From: Gemmatimonadota bacterium
GTDB lineage: Bacteria > Latescibacterota > UBA2968 > UBA8231
Length of the DNA stretch: 15,314 nucleotides
Reading direction: 5' to 3'
NCBI GenBank assembly: GCA_038153405.1
Contig: JAYOYH010000082.1
Location: forward strand, 1-15,314
The first letter of the stretch is position 1. Each line of letters starts with the position of its first letter. The translations under genes and the position numbers were made by a program. Positions 7,659 to 14,197 of the stretch are shown piece by piece. The notes under the pieces are model-generated. The model had not been told where the DNA came from. It saw only the letters and a list, made by a program, of their open reading frames with translations, and searched no databases.

Positions 7659-10004
7659 ATGATAGACGATACGCTAACGGCAGTGGAGCGCAGGGCGCTC
7701 GAAGGTTCGCCCTTTGGCGATCTTTACGCGCCCAGAGAAAAGTTGCGTACGCTGGTCGTCGACAACTTCCCATCGCTGGGCAAACTGGCTGCTATGCGCT
7801 TTATCGAATGGGTGCAGAACAACCCGGGCGGCGTCGTCTCGCTGCCGACGGGTAAAACGCCTGAGCACTTTATTCGTTGGGTAATGTATCTGATGCAGGG
7901 ATGGGGCACAGACGAGGTTGTGCGCGAACTAGAGGCCAACGCAATCGATCCCGCCCCCAAGCCCGATATGGCGTCGCTGCACTTTGTGCAAATCGATGAG
8001 TTCTATCCGATTGGCTCGCAGCAGGGAAACAGCTTCTACTCCTATGTAAATCGATTTTACATCGACGGCTTTGGCTTTTCTCGCGACCGGGCGCTGTTGA
8101 TAAACTGCGACGAAATAGGCCTGCTGCCCGGACAGACTTTGCAGAATTTATGGCCCGATGGCGAAGTCGATCTCTCGCTGCGCTACCGAGCTGCGCAAGG
8201 CGGGCGCGAAAGCGTGCAGCAGCAAGCACTTATGCGCATTGATCAGTGGTGTCAGCAATACGAGCAGCGCATCCGCGACTTGGGCGGAATCGGCTTTTTT
8301 CTCGGCGGGATTGGTCCGGATGGACACATCGGTTTTAACGTGCGCGGATCCGATCACTTTAGCACGACGCGTCTGACGGAGGTCAACTACGAGACGCAGG
8401 CCGCCGCCGCTGGAGATCTCGGTGGTATCGAAGTGGCGCGCAAGCGGCTGGTCATTACGATCGGCTTGGGTACTATTGCTTACGACAAGAGCGCATGCGC
8501 GCTGATTATTGCCGCCGGCGAAGCCAAAGCGGGCATCGTCGCCGACGCCGTTCAGCAGGACAAGGACGTCCGCTATCCGGCTACGGCGCTGCGCGATCTG
8601 CCCGGTGCGCGGTTCTACATAACGCTGGGTGCGGCCAAGCTGCTGGAGCGTCGGCAACTGGACCTGCTGGTGCGGCAGGAGCGCATTGACGACGAGACGG
8701 TCGAGAAGGTAATCGTCGATTTGTCGGTGAGGTTAAAAAAGAAAATAGATGAGCTGACGGCCGCCGACTTTGCCGCCGATGAGTTTGCCCATGCGCTCGT
8801 AGCGCGTCGCCCCGAAAGCGCGCAAGAGCTCGCAATTTCGGTGCGCGATGCATTGATTGCCAAGCTAGAACGCGGCATGCAGACGCTGCAAAACACTCGT
8901 TTTTTGCACACCGAACCGCACCATGACGACCTAATGCTAGGCTATTGGCCCTACATCGTGCGCCACATGCGCCCGGCGAGCAATACGCACTTTTTCGTTT
9001 GCTTAACGGGCGGGTTTACAGCCGTTACAAACCAGTTTATCTGCGATCATATCAGACGCCTTCGCCGTTTTTTGCGCGGTGCTGACTGTGCGCAACTGAT
9101 GCAGGAAGGCTATTTCGACCCCTCCTACAGCGAGGGGCGCAATCGCGATGTCTGGCAGTACCTTGATGGCGTAGCGGCTGACGATGACGAATTGCGCAAC
9201 GAGGGCATGGCGCGCCGCTTCCTGCGCAACTTGATTGACTTGTACGGTCCAATGGAAAGCGAGGCCATCGAGGCGCGTATTGGAGGGCTGGAAGCCTATT
9301 TTGCCGACCACTATCCCGGGCAAAAAGACGAGCCGGAAATACAGCAATTAAAGAGCATGTGTCGCGAATGGGAAGCCGAGTGCACTTGGGGCTATTTGGG
9401 CTGGAACTGCGACAGTGTCAAGCACCTGCGGCTCAGCTTCTACACCGGTGATATCTTCACGCGCGAACCCACGGTGGAAGGCGATGTGGCGCCGGTCATA
9501 GAGTTGCTAACAGAGGTCAATCCCGACATCGTTAGCGTGGCGCTCGACCCCGAGGCCAGCGGGCCGGATACCCACTACAAAGTCCTGCAGGCCATTACGG
9601 AAGCGCTGCGGCGCTATGAGAAATCGAGCGGGCGCTCGGACATCAAGGTGTGGGGCTACCGCAACGTGTGGTTCCGCTTCCACCCGAGCGAGGCCGATAT
9701 TTTTGTGCCGGTATCGCTCAATATGCTGTCCGTTATGCACAGCGCATTTATGAATACGTTTATCTCGCAGCGAGACGCGTCGTTTCCTAGCTACGAACAC
9801 GACGGTCCCTTCTCTGAACTAGCGCGCAGAGTGCAGGTAGATCAGTATCAAAAGCTCAAGACGTGTTTGGGCCGCGAGTGGTTTCAGGAGCACGACAGTC
9901 CGATGATTCGCGCGACGCGCGGGCTGGTATATTTGAAAGAAATGGAATTGAGTGCGTTCTACGAGCACAGCCGCACGCTCATGCTGGCGGCGGAAAATCG
10001 CTGA
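7659..10004 (+). CDS. Large NagB-like deaminase fused to a PIG-L/LmbE-type deacetylase domain (781 aa)
   Basis: AAGGAG SD precedes ATG 7659. The N-terminal half has SLPTGKTP, QIDEFY, GGIGPDGHIGFN and ITIGLGTI. The C-terminal half has EPHHDD (HxDD), DPEASGPDTH and WGYRNVW, as in NagB/PIG-L fusions. Confidence 0.85.
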   Translation: MIDDTLTAVERRALEGSPFGDLYAPREKLRTLVVDNFPSLGKLAAMRFIEWVQNNPGGVVSLPTGKTPEHFIRWVMYLMQGWGTDEVVRELEANAIDPAPKPDMASLHFVQIDEFYPIGSQQGNSFYSYVNRFYIDGFGFSRDRALLINCDEIGLLPGQTLQNLWPDGEVDLSLRYRAAQGGRESVQQQALMRIDQWCQQYEQRIRDLGGIGFFLGGIGPDGHIGFNVRGSDHFSTTRLTEVNYETQAAAAGDLGGIEVARKRLVITIGLGTIAYDKSACALIIAAGEAKAGIVADAVQQDKDVRYPATALRDLPGARFYITLGAAKLLERRQLDLLVRQERIDDETVEKVIVDLSVRLKKKIDELTAADFAADEFAHALVARRPESAQELAISVRDALIAKLERGMQTLQNTRFLHTEPHHDDLMLGYWPYIVRHMRPASNTHFFVCLTGGFTAVTNQFICDHIRRLRRFLRGADCAQLMQEGYFDPSYSEGRNRDVWQYLDGVAADDDELRNEGMARRFLRNLIDLYGPMESEAIEARIGGLEAYFADHYPGQKDEPEIQQLKSMCREWEAECTWGYLGWNCDSVKHLRLSFYTGDIFTREPTVEGDVAPVIELLTEVNPDIVSVALDPEASGPDTHYKVLQAITEALRRYEKSSGRSDIKVWGYRNVWFRFHPSEADIFVPVSLNMLSVMHSAFMNTFISQRDASFPSYEHDGPFSELARRVQVDQYQKLKTCLGREWFQEHDSPMIRATRGLVYLKEMELSAFYEHSRTLMLAAENR

Positions 10005-10019
10005 CCGAGAGGATCGTTT

Positions 10020-10532
10020 ATGCTGAGTGAAAAAGTGCAAGAAGCGCTAAACAAACAGCTCAATGCCGAGTTTTACTCGGCCTATTCTTATTTGTCATTG
10101 GCTTCCTACTTTGAGGATTTAGATCTCAACGGTTTTGCCCACTGGATGAAGATTCAGTACCAAGAGGAGCTGCAGCACGCCGATAAAATCTACACCTATA
10201 TCAATAATCGCGATGGGCGCGTTCAGCTGCATCCCATTGCCGCGCCGCAATTCGACTGGCAGTCGCCGTTGGATGCCTTCAAATTCGCCTTGGGCAACGA
10301 GCGCAAACTGAGTGCGGATATCTACCAAGTCGTCGATATGGCTCTCAGTGAACGCGACCATGCCACGCACGCGTTTATGCAGTGGTTTGTCAACGAGCAG
10401 GTCGAGGAAGAAGCCATTGTGCGCGACATCGTTAGCGATATTGAGCGCGTTATCGAGAGCAAAGACGGTCTGTTTCTCATGGATCGCGACTTGGCCGGAC
10501 GGCAGCCGGACAAGGTAGGCCAAAGCGCCTGA
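10020..10532 (+). CDS. ftnA: Non-heme ferritin
   Basis: 170 aa with LNKQLNAEFYSAYSYL, QEELQHA and FMQWFVNEQVEEE ferroxidase-centre motifs. GAGG SD upstream. Confidence 0.93.
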   Translation: MLSEKVQEALNKQLNAEFYSAYSYLSLASYFEDLDLNGFAHWMKIQYQEELQHADKIYTYINNRDGRVQLHPIAAPQFDWQSPLDAFKFALGNERKLSADIYQVVDMALSERDHATHAFMQWFVNEQVEEEAIVRDIVSDIERVIESKDGLFLMDRDLAGRQPDKVGQSA

Positions 10533-10535
10533 AGC

Positions 10536-10584
10536 TAGTTTTTAAAAAAACTACTTGACGTTTAATTGCTGAATTGAGCATGGT
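10536..10584 (+). promoter_or_regulatory. Putative sigma70-type promoter with AT-rich UP-like palindrome
   Basis: TAGTTTTT-AA-AAAAACTA (10536-10553) lies immediately before a near-consensus -35 TTGACG (10555-10560). A weak -10 candidate CATGGT is at 10579-10584 (18-nt spacer), placing the start near 10591. Confidence 0.55.
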
Positions 10585-10590
10585 TAGAAC

Positions 10591-10898
10591 GAGAGCAGAG
10601 AGTCGAGACTGGGTACCACCGGTCGCCGATCGAAAAGGTCCTCGATTCGCTCTGGAGTCCTAACAGACGCCCCACCGCATCGGGTTAGCATCCAACGCAG
10701 ATGCACCGACCGGGGAAGCACTTCCCAACGGCGTCGATGGCTCGAGTGCGGATCCAACGCGCAGCGGGACCGCGATCGTGAGTGGATAGGCCGAAACGAT
10801 TTTTTAACAGGAGGTCGCATGCCGCCGGACAGGATAGAGCGGCTGTAGCGGTCGGTGGGTGTAGTCAGATCCCAAGCCGCTGCGGCCGCTCTTTTTTT
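10591..10898 (+). ncRNA. Putative ~305-nt structured non-coding RNA, family unassigned
   Basis: Lies between convergent genes and is bounded by a promoter and a terminator. Several nested helices contain G-U pairs that work only on the + strand. No credible long ORF. Confidence 0.65.
10836..10898 (+). terminator. Intrinsic terminator (long hairpin plus U7)
   Basis: 10836-10852 pairs with 10876-10892 (17 bp, 3 G-U pairs), with an inner UGGG/CCCA stem. A T7 run occupies 10892-10898. Confidence 0.8.
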
Positions 10899-12057
10899 AG
10901 CCTATCAGCTCTGCACGCTCCCAGATGCCTTGCTCGTACTCGACGCCTAGGCCTGGTCCGGTTGGCACGTCGATGTAACCGCCATCGCCAATGGTAAAAT
11001 GGGGCGAATACCAATCGGAGTAGGTCACGGGAGCGGCGGGAAATTCTAGGTGGGGTCCGGTGTGTTTGACGACGGAAGCAAAATGTAGAAGGGTGGCTAG
11101 CTCCGGGTTGTGCTTGGGGCTGTGCGGCGTGACGGGTATACCTGCTTCGGCGGCCATCTGCGCCACGCGTAGGGCGCGTATCAATCCACCGTTATACATC
11201 AAGTCAGGTTGAATTACGTCGACGGTGCGCCGTCGTATCATTGCGCGAAAGTGGCCCATATTGCAGTCCTGTTCGCCGCCGGCGACGTCGATGGTGAGAG
11301 CGTCTGCCACAGCCTGCGTCTCCTCGTACTGCTCAAATGGACAGGGTTCTTCGAAAAACGCGCAGCCCAAGTCCTCCATTAGACGCCCCACTTCAATTGC
11401 ACGCCGATGGTCGTAAGAGCCGTTGGCATCTGCGTAGATGGCCACGTTAGTGCCCCACGTCGAACGCGCTAGCTCGAGCACGCTTTCCGCGCGCCCCGGC
11501 AGTGAATCGGCGTTGTTGGCCATGCGTCCACCAATCTTGAGTTTGACTCCTGTGGCCCCGGTTTCGGCAAGGCGTTGACTAAGCCAGGCCACTTCCTCTT
11601 CCGGCGTGGTATCTCGGCGCATGCTCGACAGGTAGATGGGTATGCCCTGGCGATAGGGCGTGCCGATGAGTTGGCCAACGCTGCGTCCGCTGACTTGTCC
11701 GAGCAGATCCAACAGGGCGGCTTCAGCATAGGCGACACAGTTCCACAGCGGCGTGCCCTGATACTTGTAGTTGCTGCCCCAAGTATAGACTTCGTTGACG
11801 AGGATTTCGAGATCGCGCGCGTCGCGGCCGATGAATGCAGGGGCAACGAGTTGAGTAAACATGGGCATTAGGTAGGCCATGCGGCGGTTGGCCGTGGCCA
11901 TGCCAACGGCGCCGTCGGCGCTGGTGGCGCGCACGAGGTAGGTGCCGTCAAAACGCCTCACCTGAAGGTCTTCAACCACTAACGGCGCTGTGGAGATCGA
12001 AGAGAGGTTGAGAAATGCGGGCCAGCAGTGCTGGTCAGAATACGTGGATTCGAGCAT
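10897..12057 (-). CDS. Mandelate racemase/muconate lactonizing enzyme family enolase (probable acid-sugar dehydratase)
   Basis: KLKIG (KxK) motif; metal ligands in DAN, EEP and GEQ; QPD; TPH; VPTGPGLG. AGAGGG SD upstream of ATG 12057. Confidence 0.92.
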   Translation of the reverse strand: MLESTYSDQHCWPAFLNLSSISTAPLVVEDLQVRRFDGTYLVRATSADGAVGMATANRRMAYLMPMFTQLVAPAFIGRDARDLEILVNEVYTWGSNYKYQGTPLWNCVAYAEAALLDLLGQVSGRSVGQLIGTPYRQGIPIYLSSMRRDTTPEEEVAWLSQRLAETGATGVKLKIGGRMANNADSLPGRAESVLELARSTWGTNVAIYADANGSYDHRRAIEVGRLMEDLGCAFFEEPCPFEQYEETQAVADALTIDVAGGEQDCNMGHFRAMIRRRTVDVIQPDLMYNGGLIRALRVAQMAAEAGIPVTPHSPKHNPELATLLHFASVVKHTGPHLEFPAAPVTYSDWYSPHFTIGDGGYIDVPTGPGLGVEYEQGIWERAELIG

Positions 12058-12143
12058 AGTTTGCCCTCTGGGGATTGAGTCGCTGAGCGCGCCGTATTAT
12101 TTTCGGCGCGTGGGAAATAACCATCCAACGTGGAGCAATATAC
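12058..12143. promoter_or_regulatory. Divergent promoter region with a GC-rich inverted repeat
   Basis: TTGAGT (12075-12080)-N17-TATTTT (12098-12103) on the + strand. CGCGCCG-N9-CGGCGCG (12088-12110) flanks the -10. GGAG SD at 12132-12135. Confidence 0.5.
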
Positions 12144-12977
12144 ATGCATATTGCCGTTACCGGCGCGGCCGGTCGCATCGGCCGCCATATAGTATGTGAT
12201 CTGCGCACGGCGGGCCACAGCGTGCAGGGAATGGACGTCGCCGCGGGCGCCGGTTTGCAGGTTGACTTAACGGATGCCGGTCAGGTCTACGCTGCGCTAG
12301 CCGGCGCCGATGCCGTGGTGCATATGGGCGCCTGGGCCAACGCGGGTATGGTAGTGGATCCGCGGACATACGGCGACAATGTAACCGGCACCTACAACGT
12401 ATTTCAGGCCTGTGCTGACCTGGGTATCCAGCGCGTAATTTCCGCCTCTAGCAACCAGGTATACGGTTTCTTCTCGGCGCCGCCGCTGTATGCACCGATC
12501 AACGAAGCGCATCCAACGCGTCCAGTCAACAGCTATGCGCTGTCCAAACTCGCCGGTGAGCAGGCGGCCGAGTATTTTACGCGCACGCGCGGCATGGAGA
12601 TTCTCTCTTTCCGCATTATGGGTGCGCGCGTGCCGGCCGAGTTACCCGGCGATATACAACAGGTCCGGGCGGACGTGGCGGCGGCGGCCAAACTGCTGTG
12701 GACGCGCAGCGACGCGCGCGATATTGCGCTAGCCTGTCGTCTAGCCGTCGAAGCCGATGAAGTCGAGTCGGGTATCTATAACATCACCGGGCCGCGCGTA
12801 GTGCTCGACGAGGAAACGCGCGCGCTCTTCGCGCGCTACTGCCCCAGCACACAACTGCGCGATGGCTTGGAGGGGCACGCTGCGCCTCTAAGCTGCGACA
12901 AAGCGCGGCGCGCCTTTGGCTATGAACCGCGTTACGCGTGGTCGGAGCACATCTACCATCTGGAGGATCAAGCGTGA
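12144..12977 (+). CDS. NAD-dependent epimerase/dehydratase (extended SDR)
   Basis: VTGAAGRIG Rossmann motif, VVHMGA, NVTGTYNV, ASSNQVYG and catalytic YALSK (YxxxK). Confidence 0.92.
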   Translation: MHIAVTGAAGRIGRHIVCDLRTAGHSVQGMDVAAGAGLQVDLTDAGQVYAALAGADAVVHMGAWANAGMVVDPRTYGDNVTGTYNVFQACADLGIQRVISASSNQVYGFFSAPPLYAPINEAHPTRPVNSYALSKLAGEQAAEYFTRTRGMEILSFRIMGARVPAELPGDIQQVRADVAAAAKLLWTRSDARDIALACRLAVEADEVESGIYNITGPRVVLDEETRALFARYCPSTQLRDGLEGHAAPLSCDKARRAFGYEPRYAWSEHIYHLEDQA

Positions 12978-14197
12978 GTACATTAGCGATCCATGGGGGT
13001 AAACCGCTATATAACAAACCGTGGCGCACGGGTCCGTTTCACATAGGCGAAGAACTGCGCGTGCTGGAGCGCGTGCTGTCTGGGCCGGCGCTGCCGATGG
13101 CGCGGGGTCCGCGCGTGATGGCACTGCGCGAAGCGTTGCAGCGCTGCTATGGCATGCGCTATGCCGTGCCCGTATCGTCGGGTAGCGCGGCCATTCACGT
13201 GGCGCTCTTTGCCGCGGGCGTGGGCGCTGGTGACGAGGTGATCGTAAGCCCGCTGACCGACTACGGCAGCATTATTGGCATTTTCCAACTCAACGCGATA
13301 CCGGTCTTTGCCGACGTGCGGTCGGGCAGCCTGCTGATGGATGTCGCCGATGTCGAGAAAAAAATAACGCGCCATACAAAGGCGATTATGCCGGTGCACA
13401 ACGGGGGATATGCCGTCGATATGCGCGCTCTGGCGAACGTGGCCAAGCGACGCGGTGTGCACATTGTCGAGGACTGCGCCCAAGCACACTTGGCTATGTT
13501 GGGCCGTAAATACCTGGGCAATTACGGCGCCATATCGGCCTGGAGCGTCAACGAGAGCAAGCATATGAAAGCCGGTGAGGGAGGCTTTGTGCTGACGAAT
13601 CAGAAAGTACTGGCCGAAGCGGCCGATCTATTTGCCGATAAGTGCTATCCGCGCTTTCCCGGCGCGCCGCCAACGCCGGCCTTTCCCGCGCTCAATGTGC
13701 GCCTCAACGAGATCAATGCGGCGCTGGCATCCGTGCAGCTAAAGCACCTGCCCAAGTGGATCGAGAAGCGTCGCCGCTTTGCCGATGCGCTGCATGCGGA
13801 AATGCGCGACGTGCCTGGTGTCGCTGCCGAGTGGCAGCCGCGCGGTGCGCGGCCGAGTTATTGGTGGGTGAGTTTTGCCGTCGACGAGCGCGTGCTGGGC
13901 GTAGATGCCAAGGTTTTCTGCCAAATGCTCAGCGCCGAGGGGATTCCCAGCGGTGCGCGGGTGCAGCAGTACGTGCCGGGTTGGGAGGTGTTCCGCACGC
14001 TGCACGAGAACCCGGATGCCTTTGCCAGTTACCGACCGGGCCGCTTGAAAAGGGGGCGATACCCGCTCGACGTAGCACCCATAGCGCAGCGCGCCGAAGG
14101 GGTGGTTGGCGCCGTGCGCATGACGCAGCACAATACGGTCGCCGAGGCGCGTGCAGCGGGCAGGGCGATGAAGAAAATTGCAGGGGAGTTAGTATGA
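12974..14197 (+). CDS. DegT/DnrJ/EryC1/StrS PLP-dependent aminotransferase
   Basis: GTG 12974 overlaps the previous stop (GTGA), with a GGAGG SD. Motifs LAIHGG, SSGSAAIH, GDEVIV, PVFADV, EDCAQA and SKHMKAGEGG (PLP lysine). Confidence 0.92.
   Translation: MSTLAIHGGKPLYNKPWRTGPFHIGEELRVLERVLSGPALPMARGPRVMALREALQRCYGMRYAVPVSSGSAAIHVALFAAGVGAGDEVIVSPLTDYGSIIGIFQLNAIPVFADVRSGSLLMDVADVEKKITRHTKAIMPVHNGGYAVDMRALANVAKRRGVHIVEDCAQAHLAMLGRKYLGNYGAISAWSVNESKHMKAGEGGFVLTNQKVLAEAADLFADKCYPRFPGAPPTPAFPALNVRLNEINAALASVQLKHLPKWIEKRRRFADALHAEMRDVPGVAAEWQPRGARPSYWWVSFAVDERVLGVDAKVFCQMLSAEGIPSGARVQQYVPGWEVFRTLHENPDAFASYRPGRLKRGRYPLDVAPIAQRAEGVVGAVRMTQHNTVAEARAAGRAMKKIAGELV

Noticed and set aside
2010..10276. 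Four 10-11-nt sites complementary to the RNA's GCAUCCAACGC (2010, 7194, 7286, 10267) as sRNA targets
   Set aside because: All are mid-CDS and in the same codon phase (A/P-L-D), so codon usage explains them. Part of the seed is also paired in a stem.
10657..10800. Mini CRISPR array suggested by the ~30-nt periodic CCAACG
   Set aside because: Shared identity is only 6-9 nt, there is no repeat-spacer structure, and no cas genes are present.
10584..10820. 78-aa - strand ORF (MRPPVKKSF...) and 71-aa + strand ORF 10782..10997 in the intergenic gap
   Set aside because: No recognisable domain and Arg/Pro/Ser-rich shadow-ORF composition. The + ORF crosses the terminator and overlaps the enolase. The helices favour a + strand RNA.
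10809..10828. Extended resemblance of AGGAGGT...GCCGCCGG to the reverse complement of the 16S rRNA 3' end
   Set aside because: Beyond the SD the match is short, gapped and GC-rich. It is not an rRNA fragment.
10591..10898. Assignment as tmRNA, RNase P RNA, SRP RNA, 6S RNA or a riboswitch
   Set aside because: No tRNA-like ends or T-loop/CCA, no GAGGAAAGUCC, no SRP helix-8 motif, no end-to-end rod as in 6S, and no downstream same-strand gene. This was judged by eye; cmscan is needed to exclude divergent members.
2530..12973. Upstream-extended starts in the ORF track (2530, 5532, 5576, 7581, 12938)
   Set aside because: The extensions overlap neighbouring genes or promoters. Starts at 2677, 5475/5484, 5693, 7659 and 12974 fit SD sites, gene overlaps or family lengths better.
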